Assembly (NCBI GenBank): GCA_964016885.1
Contig: OZ024742.1
Span: 90,148,001-90,212,000 of the forward strand
Source: Eledone cirrhosa
Taxonomy: Eukaryota
Direction of reading: 5' to 3'
DNA length: 64,000 nucleotides
Below, piece by piece: positions 13,965 to 27,789 of the stretch. A model generated the notes under the pieces. It made no database searches. It was not told the DNA's origin and saw only the letters and a program-made list of their open reading frames with translations. The translations under genes and the position numbers were made by a program. Every line of letters begins with the position of its first letter. Positions within the stretch are counted from its first letter, which is position 1.

Positions 13965-14465
13965 TTTAAAAAAATAGAGGTGTAACACACGAGTTGTGAT
14001 ATATTAGTAAAAGGAAAAGAAAATGCTGAAAAATTGTTTCCAGTGAAAAATAGTTTAATTAGGAATAAGTATAAATTAGTAATAAGTATTGGTTCGTATT
14101 CAGTTTTAGTTTTAAGGTTTTACCGGTTGAGCATTTCTAATGCTTTTCAAAAATGATTTTGAGATAGAGCGCTCGTGATGTTTGCTCTAATCTGATCAGT
14201 TTTGGAAATTCTTCCTGTTTTATGTGAAAAAAGTGGCTCCAGAGGTATTAAGATTTGGTTGGTTGCTGAAGGTCACGTGAATGAGTACTATAAATTTCGC
14301 CCCAATTCGTGTTGCAAAAATTCTTGTAGACAAAACGATTTTCATTGGTCGGCAGAGGACACGGGAATGTTAAAAATTAATTTTGCGCCAAATGTAGGTT
14401 TGTCGAAGAGTGTCCTTCTTCGCCTGATTGAGAAGTCACTGAAAAATAAGTTTATTAAGACAAAT
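13965..14465 (-). mobile_element. Non-coding HHR-bearing element (family of 16876 and 47841); degenerate HHR at 14118-14153
   Basis: Homologous to 16876-17110. Minus strand UUU-UUGAAAA-GCAUU..AAUGC-UCAA-CCGG-UA-AAA. Confidence 0.65.
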
Positions 14466-14644
14466 ATGTGTGTGTACAGTGTGGTTCGTAGTAGAGGAAA
14501 TAAATTCGGTCAGTAGGAATGTGTGTGTACGTGTGTGGGGATATTTTAACATATTGAAAGATATTTTTCAACTCTTGTCTTATACGGAGAAGTGTGTGTG
14601 TGTGTGTGTGTATGTCTGTTTGTATGTTAGAGTACGCGTGTGTA

Positions 14645-14675
<31 letters not shown>

Positions 14676-14916
14676 ATGTGTGCATGTGTGTGTGTGTGTG
14701 TGTGTGTGTGTGGATGGACCAGTATTTTTGTGATGCTGGTAAAAATGGTGTACATTATTCGATATTTTCAGTAATTTGCAAAAAACGTTTCTTTCAAAAG
14801 AACATCAAAAACATTAATAATATAAGGGGTGAAATGATGTATAGTATTGTCATAACACCAAGGTGTGTGTGAGTGTCCAGGAGGCTGGATTTGTGTAAAT
14901 CCTTGAAAGGTTTATT

Positions 14917-14974
14917 ATACTATGATCATTTCAATGAACGTGTTCCGTATGAATCCGGTGATATCATCAGGTAT
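14917..14974 (-). ncRNA. Type I hammerhead ribozyme
   Basis: AUAC-CUGAUGA-stem II-GAAA-UGAUCA-UA-GUAU. Confidence 0.75.
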
Positions 14975-15222
14975 TCGAAATATAATACGTGAATGTAATA
15001 GATAAAATCCATGGGGCTAAAAATCGAGGACCCGAGGGCGATCGTTATGCTGTACCTTCTACCTTATCCGGTCGCCCTCGAGTGACGTGGCCAAAGCTTA
15101 CAGTGTGCTACTACCGGTCAGATAAAGGAAAACAGAAAGGGATGGGAACATAACATGACCGGTAGTAGCACACTGTTCAGCCCCATGGATTTTATCTATT
15201 ACATTCACATATTATATTTCGA

Positions 15223-15280
15223 ATACCTGATGATATCACCGGATTCATACGGAACCCGGTCATTGAAATGATCATAGTAT
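15223..15280 (+). ncRNA. Type I hammerhead ribozyme
   Basis: AUAC-CUGAUGA-UAUCACCGGAUUC/GAACCCGGUCAUU-GAAA-UGAUCA-UA-GUAU. Confidence 0.85.
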
Positions 15281-15679
15281 AATAAACCTTTCAAGGATTT
15301 ACACAAATCCAGCCTCCTGTCATTTCATTATAATATTTAACTCCGTAATAGCACCACCAACTACAAAAACAAAGACGGTTGAACTGCTTTACGTTGAGTA
15401 CTCTCTATATTATTACATTACGATTGACCATACGGAATAGACCAGCTCTATCAAGTGGTGAACCTCAAACCTGAATATATATATATTTATATATATATAT
15501 ATTATTCAATTTAGGAAAGTTCGTTGATCATTTAATCCGCTGACGTTTTTTGTAAACGGACATAAAGCACTCTATAAAATATCATTTTCCTTTCTATTTA
15601 TTCTAACTTTATTTGATTTTGTTTTTTTATTTTCTAATTTAATTTAATTGTTTGATAATATAGTTAATATTTCAATTGA

Positions 15680-15979
15680 TATAGAGAATATAAAACACAT
15701 ACAAATGCTCAGATAGATGAGAACCGAACTCATCGAAACTGGAAACTAAAGGAACTAGAATTTATGCTCAGTGCATGGAGATCAGCTAATGGCTCCCTTT
15801 CAAACAAGCTAATTAAGGATGCCCTACAAAGATGTGGCTTTCTGAGAACTTGGGCACAGCTACAACTGAAAAAGAACGAATTTATTCGTGCCTACTCGCT
15901 TGTTCTGCTACACGTGGATCAGTTGAGCCACATTTGGTCAGAGGGGACAAAAGAAGACGGGGAAGAAGTCGAAAACTAA
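15680..15979 (+). pseudogene. Open frame with a death-domain-like pattern
   Basis: TNAQIDEN..WKLKELEFMLSAWRSANGSLSNKLIKDALQRCG resembles death-domain helices (ML..W....G......L..AL...G). Recognised by eye only. Confidence 0.35.
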
Positions 15980-16612
15980 GAAAAACAAAGTCCCTGGGAA
16001 AAAGAAGGCCCAGGTTCTCTGTGAATTCCACAAGAAAGTAACCTGTTAGCATAGGGCGTCTGGGACAAACTGCGGGTTTGCAACTACCCAAGCCAAAGTC
16101 TGCTTATGCCAACTACCCAAGCCAAAACCAACATGTGCAAACAATACAGTGCACAGGGTCACTGTCCAGGATGTATGCTGAGGTTGTACGCTCTCCCCTG
16201 ATGACGAGAAGGAAGTATACAGAAGCAGTACAGAGTTATAACTGGATAAAAGGACTTCTTTTTTTATAACGGGAAAGATAGTGAGACAGCTGACTTAGCT
16301 TCGTCAACTACAAAGCCAAATTCAGTTACATCAACACTCGCGACCACCACAAATAAAAGAGCTGTTGTGGCCGCTTCTGATACCCACGCAAGTGCCATAT
16401 AAGCAGCCACCACTGATCCCTAAAATGTCACGCTAGTGCTACTAGTAAATGATCTTCTAACTGACACTCAGCATGGCTTTCGTCCGGGTAGAAATTGTAT
16501 ATATTGGGAAGGTGATGTTTCAAATGAACACACACGCAGCTGTTGTTTTCACTTCAATTTATTACAAATTACCGGGTGGTTGGTTCAATAACCCGATGGT
16601 TGTTTATTTATC

Positions 16613-16655
16613 GTCAAAGATCTTTCGTCACACATTATGTGACCTCCTCAGTGAC
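16613..16655 (-). ncRNA. Minimal type I hammerhead ribozyme
   Basis: GUCA-CUGAGGA-G-GUCACA/UGUGAC-GAAA-GAUC-UU-UGAC. Confidence 0.85.
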
Positions 16656-16751
16656 AGAATTCTTATTTTGTGTCGCACCTGCTATATCAAACGTTAACCT
16701 AATATATACCTTCCATATACTGTACCGATTGTGTTGTTATTTCCGTTTACC

Positions 16752-16878
<127 letters not shown>

Positions 16879-16908
16879 AAAGAATAGAGGTGTAACACAC
16901 AAGTTATT

Positions 16909-17310
16909 ATATATTGGTAAACGGAATAGAAAATGCTGACAAATTGTTCACAGTTGAAAAATGGTTTAATTAGGAATAAAAGAGTATTAGTGATTGTATG
17001 GGTTAGTATTCAGTTGTGGTTTTAAGTTTTTAAGTTTTTACCGGTTGCGCATTTCTAAATGCTTTTCAAAAATAATTTTGAGATAGAGTGTCCGTGCTGT
17101 TTGCTCTGATCAGAGCAAACAGCACGGACACTCTATCTCAAAATTATTTTTGAAAAGCATTTAGAAATGCGCAACCGGTAAAAACTTAAAAACTTAAAAC
17201 CACAACTGAATACTAACCCATACAATCACTAATACTCTTTTATTCCTAATTAAACCATTTTTCAACTGTGAACAATTTGTCAGCATTTTCTATTCCGTTT
17301 ACCAATATAT
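16909..17310. repeat. Perfect spacerless palindrome, ~200 bp arms, centre 17109/17110
   Basis: ..TTTGCTCTGA|TCAGAGCAAA.., with arms that are exact reverse complements by eye. Confidence 0.95.
17147..17183 (+). ncRNA. Variant hammerhead (U3-A8 core, GCAA in place of GAAA); mirror copy at 17036-17072 (-)
   Basis: UUU-UUGAAAA-GCAUU/AAUGC-GCAA-CCGG-UA-AAA. Confidence 0.55.
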
Positions 17311-17566
17311 ATATATATATATATACATAGATATAATACATATATTCATATACATATAATATATATATTACATATATATTCATATATATATATCTTATAT
17401 GTAACATGTTGAAAAGGTAACACACTAGAGAGAGATAGTGTGCCATCAATAAAACAGGGAAAACCACCAGTGAATGGAATCTATATCTATAGAAGGCAGG
17501 GTAGACACACAATAATTAAAAATATAAATTAAAATGTATATACGCACCTCTATAACTATATAACAT

Positions 17567-17645
17567 ACGCGTACAAATCGAAAGAGATCTGTTTCGCCAG
17601 TAAGTTGTTGACTGAAATGGAATAGCCTAGCGTTCATCAGCGCCT
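17567..17645 (-). ncRNA. Type I hammerhead ribozyme (inverted arm)
   Basis: Reverse complement of the 18159 motif with core intact. Confidence 0.8.
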
Positions 17646-18158
17646 GCTAAACTATACATTCCAGACAACTCTAACAGAATCTAAAGCGACCGTCCAGCTA
17701 CACGCGGCAGAGAGATGTCACAGCGTGTTTAGGAAAGTGAAGCAGTGATATCTGAGGGACGAGCTGCTAGAAAGGGCAGCCCAAAAACCACTCAAATAAG
17801 TGTGTTGAACCAAACAGAGAGGAACGACTGTTATAAGGAGCGAAATATCACGATACATTAACGGAGCCATAGACTCTCCAGGATTCCTTTTCCTTTGAGC
17901 ACATTATTGACAGGGAATAACAAGAGTCTATGGCTCCGTTAATTTATCGTGATATTTCGCTCCTTATAACAGTCTTTCTTCTCTCTTTGCTTGGTTGAGC
18001 ACACTTCTTTGAGTGGCTTTTGGGCTGCCCTTTCTAGCAGCTCGTCCCTCAGATAGTACTGGTTCACTGCCCTAAACACGCTGTGACATCTCTCTGCCGC
18101 GTGTAGCTGGACGGTCGCTTTATATTCTCTTAGAATTGTCAGGAATGTATAGTCTAGT

Positions 18159-18237
18159 ACGCGCTGATGAACGCTAGGCTATTCCATTTCAGTCAACAAC
18201 TTACTGGCGAAACAGATCTCTTTCGATTTGTACGCGT
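18159..18237 (+). ncRNA. Type I hammerhead ribozyme with full stem III
   Basis: ACGCG-CUGAUGA-AC-GCUAG..CUGGC-GAAA-CAGAUC/GAUUUG-UA-CGCGU. Confidence 0.85.
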
Positions 18238-18495
18238 GTGTTATATAGTTATAGAGGTGCGTATATACATTTTAATTTATATTTTTAATTATTGTGTGTC
18301 TACTCTGCCTTCCATAGATATAGATTCCATTCACTGGTGGTTTTCCCTGTTTTATTGATGGCACACTTTCTCTCTCTAGTGTGTTACCTTTTCAACATAT
18401 TGTATTTTAAAGAGCTCAGGATTCCTTTTCCTTTGGGCACATTATTGACAGGGAATAACGAGAGTCTATGGCTCCGTTAATTTATCGTGATATAT

Positions 18496-18545
<50 letters not shown>

Positions 18546-18714
18546 TTCAAACAATCAATTGATTTTTTATTTCATTGTTTTAACTTATATCATGACTCTG
18601 TTTTCCCTTTAATGTTTTATGTTTTCCGGGATTTATCTTAACCTACAAATTTCGAACATGTGGATTACATCGAGTTCTTCATGCAGAATAGACCCCACAA
18701 GTTACTGTGGATAC

Positions 18715-20323
<1,609 letters not shown>

Positions 20324-20482
20324 ATATATATATATATATATATAAATAATTGGAGGCTTAGTAAAATAGAATCTTTGGCGGTGTGCGGGCACATTCGACC
20401 TACGATATGAATGCGTTAGCAAATGGCTATGGATATATATATATATAATATATATGTAAGTATGCATACGTACATATAAATG

Positions 20483-20574
<92 letters not shown>

Positions 20575-20578
<4 letters not shown>

Positions 20579-20975
20579 CAAGGGAATGCAAATACTGAAA
20601 AAATCTTAAAATAAATTCTAAATAATTCACTGTACTTACTGTATGTGCCCTTACCGCGGTTTCAAATCCCAAATGAATAGATAATCCAAGCGGATTTTCA
20701 TTAAGAAAGAGATTCTCGTCAGAAGGCATTTCTCTCTCGGAGAATATAAATTCCCGAGTTAAAAATTATAAACTAGCGCCATTCAAAACTGCCTCAGAAT
20801 GAGAGCAAATAAATGATAAACGAGTTTTGTCATGGTACCGTGTGCAAAAGCAAAAGCAGGTTGGACAGGTCAATCCTGTACTGCTAAAAATAGCAGCCAT
20901 TCAGACGACCAAAGATGTCTCTACCATTGGGGAGAATAATAATAAAAGTATATGTCTCTACATGTAATTAATACA
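20575..20975 (-). mobile_element. Non-coding HHR element; diverged homologue at 47385-47780
   Basis: Colinear similarity (AATCAAGG..AATTCACTGTACT..CTCGTCAGAAGG..AATAATAATAAAGTATA). Confidence 0.75.
20647..20727 (-). ncRNA. Type I hammerhead ribozyme
   Basis: GCCUU-CUGACGA-GAAUCUC..GGGAUUU-GAAA-CCGCGG-UA-AGGGC. Confidence 0.85.
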
Positions 20976-21140
20976 CACAAGGACACAAGTATGGTCCGAC
21001 CATATATACATATATACATTCCACACAATACAATTAGTTAGCACCCCGAACGTTTAATTAGGAATATACTCACTTTGCTAATGTTTGTTGAGTGAGTTGG
21101 GATTTGGCCGGCGCATTGCTATTAGCTTTCTCCGATAATG

Positions 21141-21209
<69 letters not shown>

Positions 21210-21210
<1 letters not shown>

Positions 21211-24130
21211 CAAGATGTATGGTAGGTCGTACGTAAATCGCGATGATCACGCCTGATCTACCAAATATGCGACGGTAGCTAGTTAAGCTCTATGCGTATA
21301 AGCAGAGCAGAAATATTAATGAAAAAGAACAACGGAACTATTATGACATTATAACAAGTTTATAGCCGACAGCCGTTTCGTCCGACCATATGGTGGCACT
21401 TTTCAAGGCATATAACAGGTGATTGTAAGTTCATTATTTACATCAACGTTTCACTCAAGATTAGCAGTTTGAAATCGTGGTATACATCAACAGCTCTGCT
21501 TGTATATTTGGGGTCTATATTCTAAGGGGGCTCTTTTATATTAGTTGTAGAAGTTGTAAAATGGATGGGTTATAGGGAGTTAAGAGAATTTGAAAAGGGC
21601 CTAAGAGTTAGGGATTGAAGGTTAAAAATTAAAGAATTTATAAGTTACGCATTAAAAGTAAGAGACTTGGGATCTCGTAAAAGCACCTTTAAAAATCCCT
21701 CAATAAGAGCATAAAGCTTATAAGCCCCAATAAACCTAAAGGAAAGGGATGTTTCTCTTTGTTGAATCTAAGTCACCATTTTAGCGGAGAAGTATTTAGA
21801 GAGTTGTAATATTGCCACGAGGAACCACCGTTGGTAGAAAGATATGATAGGAATATCGACAATGACTTTAGCTTGGTTTTACATTATTTATTAACAGAGG
21901 TTGAGCTGGCATGCCAAGAGAAATAAAAAAAATCAATTAAGATTACAAGAGAAAATACGGGCGACTGGCTGAAGGCGTTTGGCCAGGCTCGTAGGTAATG
22001 TTTTGTCGTTACATATTGTTTGTGCTTACGGAGCAAAAGAACAAGCGTGTTTTACCTTAGCATGGTCCAGCTGCGAGTCATAGCGTCCTCAAATCTTTGC
22101 GGGCTATTCCTCCCTCAGAACGCGTAGGGATACATCCTCTTCTCCTGGCGCTGATTGGCTGAGCTGAGCCAAATCACGCACAGAGAATGTATGTGAGCCC
22201 GCGAAATGTAGGTCACTACAAACCTAACAAACCAGAAGAGATTAAGAGAATAAAAAAAAATTAAAAAATAAAAATAAAAAGTTTCCTAAAAAATTCCTTC
22301 AAAAACAAACAAAAAAATTTTCTAAGAGATCCCCTTAAAAAATTTTAGAAAATTTACGAAGATTTAATAATCCCTACGAAAGTTCTAAACTCAAAAATTA
22401 AAAATTAAAAATTAAAAATTAGGGAAAAGAACTTTCAATAAGATTTAAGAGGTTAATAAAGTTAATGATTTAGGGAATCCATAATATAAAGATTAAGATT
22501 TAAGTTAGGATTTGAATTTTAAGAGTTCCAAACCCAGAAATTAAAAAATTTTATGAATTTAAGATTAAGCAATCTTATATATCCAAGATTAAAAATTAAA
22601 GATTAAGGGGTTGAACATTAAATTTAATTTTAAAAATTAAGAAAAAAATAGTTGAAAGAAATTAATCAATTAAAGGTTAATTCAAAAAGCCTTCAAAAAA
22701 TACCTCAGAAAAGGCCCCTTTAATATTTTTAACAAAAACCTCTTCCGAAAGACCCTTCAAAGATTTAAAATTTTAGAGAACCTTTAAAAATATATATAAA
22801 TGAATTGAGGAAATTTACAAATTTAAAATTAAAAATTACGGGATTTGGGAGATCCGAGGAATTTTCAAAGGGCTGGTTCAACAGATACAGCAACTTAGGT
22901 ATAATAGATAAAGTAATTTAAGTAATTTAAGTAATCTAATTAAGGAGCAATTCAAAGAGCTTATCAAGTTGGGCAAGATTAAAGAAAATAATAAGTAAGG
23001 AAATATATAAACAAAAAGACAATAATTATAAAATGTATTTTTAATAGCTTCAGTAATGTATTATCAAAAAATTATTAATATAGGATTAACAAAGACATAA
23101 TAATATATTCCTGCCTAATTAACAAACAATCAATAAACAATTAACAGTCAAGCAAATTTACTCAGGGTTATCCCACGCACGAATACTTTACACACATACA
23201 GCAATATATAGGATTAACAAAGACATAATAGTATATTCCTGCCTAATTAACAAACAATCAATAAACAATTAACAGTCAACCAAATTTACTCAGGGATATC
23301 CCACGCACGAATACTTTACACACATACAGCAAGATGAACAATACCGGTGACCTTGTGGGTGCGATATCCATTGTGCCATGCAGTCATCTGCATAGCTCCA
23401 GGCACAGTTGGTCTTGTTGAAAAGTTCCGAGTTCACGGATCAACTGGGATTCACTATCAGCTGTGTGGACTCTCTGGGAAATGTACCTGTGGATCAAATA
23501 GCTAGTGGTCGCAGGGTGTGGTCCGTTCGATCTTTTCCATGTAGTTTCGGTCGTGCCAGTTATTAATCCATGCGTGGGATTGCACGCGTTTGCGATAGAT
23601 CAGCCTGCCGGTTCTAAATCCAAGGTTTTGCTGTATAGGATATATTGGTGTACATGATATATTGGTAAAAAAGTCCAGTATGGACTTGACTGGGGTGGTA
23701 TATTGCGTCTCTCGCTATTATCCCCTCCTCTCACCAATTCCAAGTTCACACACGACTGGTCAAATGCTAAGGGCTGTCCCCTCTTTGCTTGTTGTAGGGG
23801 TCGGTTCTAGCTTAGATGGTGATTGTGTTATCCATGTTGCTTCTATATCCCGTCAGTCATGCATATTCAAGACAGATCACGGTATATATGCAGATATTTG
23901 CGGGTATGGTCCGGCGTCTACGCTATCCAAAGGGTCTCTCTTGTGGTATTTTCAAATTTGCATGTCATCTCACGATTAAGTCTGCGCATGCTTCGGTGAA
24001 TCCCGTGCATGGAATCTTGGGGTCTCATATTACACGGGGTGACTAGCAGAAAATACATACTCCATGCTATCGCGCAGGCGCAGGCCTGTGGCTACGACCA
24101 TGTCCAGTCTCGGGTAGTAGCAGACAGCAT
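21210..24130 (-). mobile_element. Decayed PLE: GIY-YIG-like remnant (~23400-23700), long pyrimidine-rich 3' region and terminal HHR
   Basis: RTGRLIYRKRVQSH and ESQLIRELGTF-like remnants, HHR at 21365, and a ~128 bp tandem duplication at 23078-23332. Confidence 0.5.
21365..21409 (-). ncRNA. Type I hammerhead ribozyme with covariant U3-A8 core
   Basis: GCC-UUGAAAA-GUGCCACCA/UGGUCGGAC-GAAA-CGGCUG-UC-GGC. Confidence 0.7.
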
Positions 24131-24134
24131 GTAT

Positions 24135-25078
24135 AATTCAAAGGGTTATATGTATATAATTCGACATAGTCACAGATACATATATGAGTTTGGCTACCTT
24201 TCACGGTGTGGCTCAATGAAGAATTAATTAGTTCTTCAAACTTGCAATTTATTATATATAGCACTGATTAATCATTATTTGCTTAATTAATTCTTCATTG
24301 AGCCACACCGTGAATGGTTGCCAAACTCATATATGTATATGTGACTATGTCTAATTATATACATATATCCCTCTAAATTTAATATATACTCCCGTAAGGT
24401 TGAGTAAAACTTTAGGTAGTATCTGGATGCGCTTTCTATCAACCAGCCTACTTGCCGACTGGCAACCAATCACTACTCTCTGCCTTGACCGCTAGTCACG
24501 TGATAGTTCTTAGCCATTTTTTAATTCATTTCTGGCGGGGATCACGGTAGAAATTTTAGTCCAGACTCGAGGTGTCTCTTGAAGAGTTCGAAGCCTTGTG
24601 GATAGATCCAGGATTGGGTATATCCGGAGAAAAGGAACAAAACTACCGGTAGTCGACATTAGAGGAATTTTGGTAAAGTTGATATGCATTTATTCTTCTA
24701 ACTTCTATTTATACCTAACTCCGTGTAGTTGATTATTTATCTAGTCAATTTCTAAGGGCTAAAAGGAATGACTAGGTAAATTTTATCTGGCTATCCCTCG
24801 AAGAAGATAGTCTGTATCATTTGTCTATTATTTCTTCATAGTTATTTTTTAAACTTATAGCCTCGTTTAAATGATTATTTATGTGGTTGATTTCTACGGG
24901 CTAGGGAAAGGAAATACTGTATATATTTTATCTAATAGTTCTTCAAACTTGCAATTTTATATATAGCTCTGATTAATGATTATTTGCTTAATTAATTCTT
25001 CATTGAGCCACACTGTGAAAGGTAGCCAAACTCATATATGTATCTGTGACAAATTATATACATATATCCCTTTGAATG
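24135..25078 (+). mobile_element. Retrozyme-like element: ~95 bp inverted 5' piece, ~708 bp unit and ~140 bp repeat; degenerate HHR at 24572-24659
   Basis: TAGTTCTTCAAACTTGCAATTT occurs at ~24229 and ~24936. GUGUC..UUGAAGA-GUUC..GAAC-AAAA-CUACCGGUAG-UC-GACAU. Distantly similar to the 670 bp family. Confidence 0.75.
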
Positions 25079-25098
25079 TTATATATATATATGTATAT

Positions 25099-27700
25099 TA
25101 GAGTGTGCCATAAAAGGCAAGGTCACAATACTAACGCTCCCTGTGTATTTTCCCATTATAAATGCCCCAATTGGTAAAATAAATCATATTTTGTATAAAA
25201 TAAATTATTTTGAGACTTGTCTATATCATGGTGATTATAGTGGAAAGTGTGATTATGTTGTATGAAATCATGAAAATGTGAAACCAAATATGACCATACA
25301 ATAATTGTTTATTTTATTAATCCATTATATTAATAAATCAGCTTTGAATATAAACGCGTACAAGGAAGAAACAAGTTCAGTTAAGTTAACTCCAGTCATA
25401 TTTTTTTCAGAGTTTCTTTTTGGAAATCAGCGACGACTAGCTTCGACTACTTGAAGAACACACTGATTCTCCTCCTCATTCTTGGTGATGGCAACAAAAT
25501 CAGTCATCAACTTGACTGCTCTCTTCGTCGTTGACTACCTTGATATTGTGAACAACAGCACAGGAATTTTGATATGACGCTTGTGATGACCAAGTTGCAG
25601 GTGACAGCTCAAACCAAGCATCGTCGAGACCAAGGAGATCGAACAGAAGCCTTGATTTCTTCCCAACTAGATGAGGCAGCTTCGTGGACGACTTCAACTC
25701 GGGAAATACTGGAGCATCACGATCAAGAGGCCCAGACGTTTTCGTTTTGACAAGACGTTGGGCTATTTGTTTCTTCTCGGACTCTTGGACCCGACTTCAA
25801 AACAGCGCTAGCGGAATGGCTTCCACCGTCAGGTACCAAAGATGCCTGCTCAGAACAGTAGTGGCTGCCTGCGAGAGATCTTTGTCAACCTTACTGTACT
25901 GTGTCAACTCCACGTAAAATTGGAGGTCATTGGATGGTGTATCAGCACACTTGACTGCTGTCAGCCAGTATCGCACGTAGAACAGAGCATTGAAAATACA
26001 CATCCGGCGCAACTTTTACATTTTAGCTTGATCGTAATTGTGTCGCTCACAAAATGCATACACATTTGCACTATAGATGATTGTGGACATCCACCAAGCG
26101 TTATGATGTGCACCAGGCAGCATCCAATGAATTCCACGAGGAGAGGTGACACCAAGCAAGATCAACATCCACTCGGCACATCCTCGGTAGTCGTCAGATG
26201 TCAGCAAATCTTGGAGGAACTTGATGTTCTCAGAACACAGACGCTTGAGTCTCCGGTCGACAATGTTCAATGTTTTAAAGTTGGTCTTGTCCGTGAGTAA
26301 CACCCAATCTTTTTTTAACTCCTTGAAGTCTGGGGTGTCTGGACTGGACATTGCTCCGAATAGTTGTTGCCAAACTGCACACAAGATACGCTCCATGAAT
26401 GGTGCCGACAAGCAAAATAAAACACCTTTTTGTTGAGCATCTCTTCTAGTTTCACGCAGGCACCATTTTTCCATCCAGAATTCGAAGCAATTGTGTCGAA
26501 GACCAAGCCCACCACAGACCCATCAACATTCCAATCTTTAACAAGATCAAATGATGCTTTGGCTTGGGTGGTTCCAGTGCCATCAGGAATTATGGGAACA
26601 CCGAGGAGTTTACCTTCTCTGAAGTCCGGAGTTCCAGCAACTAGCACACCTAGCCTCTCGTGGTCACCAGGAATTATTTTGCCATCCCAATGCAAGGTAA
26701 CAAAGTCTGGTACAGCAAATTGTTCCTTTATGTGTTCAGCCCCCACAGTTTGATCTTCTTAGCTGCACGTCTGCTACTATTCTTGGGGAGAGTTGTGGCG
26801 TCTATGTCAGTCCCATCCTCAGAAATAATCGATGCCATAAATGCTGTTTTCTGGCCCAGTGTCAGCTTTAAACGATCTGCCATTAGAGGAATTTTTGGAC
26901 TTTGAAATGGATTCTTTGGGAGTTCCTCGTTTCTTGTCTGACTTTGAGCTGTCTCTGGGTGGGTTTGAGGCCTGATTCAGGATCCTGTTCATCTTCAGTT
27001 TCATCATTGGTTGAACTTGAATCTCTCAGTTCATTACGTGGAAGTTGTGCTGCTACAGGACCTGACAAACGCTTTCTATGGTTCTCTGACTCTCAACGAG
27101 CCACAGAAACCTGATTACGCTTAAACTTTGAAGATACCTTTTTCTGGTAACCCTTGTCTTCAGCACCCAGAGATACTTTTTTCTGGCAACGCAGGGCTTC
27201 GAGAAATGTATCATCTTCCATTTTCTCTTCATTATTACGAAGACGGTCTTTCAAAATTTTCTTTTCTGCATCAGCTTGTGCAATGTAGAAATACGAATCC
27301 ATTTCAGAAATAAATAGTGCTTCCTTTTCTTTGTTTGACTTAGAAACTTTGTTTTTTTTTGTAAATTTCTATATTCACTGTACATGTACATAATTTTCAG
27401 TTTCACTTTGCCTGTTCGTTGAGTCGCCACACCAGCTTTTTCCCACTGACTAACTATTTCCTTCACATATCTATCCGCAATAGCACCATTGAAGCTCACA
27501 TGCTTTTCGTGTTTCATAGAACCATCTTTCAGGTAGAAGAAATATCTTAGAACATCCCCCTTTGTTGGTATTTTGTTTGGTGATAAGGATGTAACATATT
27601 GCCCCAGGAGCCATATTTCTCGATCATCACAACGGAGCGAGTAGCTACAACTAGGCCTACTGGTTTCCGCCATTATTCTGCCAATTTGCAACTATTAGGC
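25099..27700 (-). mobile_element. hAT-superfamily (hATm-like) DNA transposon with frameshifted transposase
   Basis: VTLHWDGK, GLVFDTIASNSG..GAC, FACRHH (CxxH), PGAHHNAWWM, SRHLWYL and IKVVND motifs. One terminus begins TAGAGTG; the partner TIR was not found. Confidence 0.75.
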
Positions 27701-27789
27701 AAGGCTTAAATTAGTCTGAAATAATCAAAATTACATTATAAATTGATAATATACAAAATGGCATAAGAAAATGCATAGGGAGCTAAGAA

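Larger units (their letters stand above)
14878..15475 (+). mobile_element. Non-autonomous PLE-type element with inverted pseudo-LTR arms (14878-15020 / 15178-15320) and an inner 21 bp inverted repeat
   Basis: Direct reverse-complement match. The tail 15345-15470 recurs at 35805 and 52140. Confidence 0.85.
17405..18492 (+). mobile_element. Retrozyme-like element: ~475 bp inverted 5' arm, a 538 bp unit (17879-18416) and a repeat of the first ~75 bp
   Basis: CAGGATTCCTTTTCCTTTG occurs at 17879 and 18417. 17405-17876 is inverted against 17924-18398. No ORF; (TA)n flanks. Confidence 0.8.
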
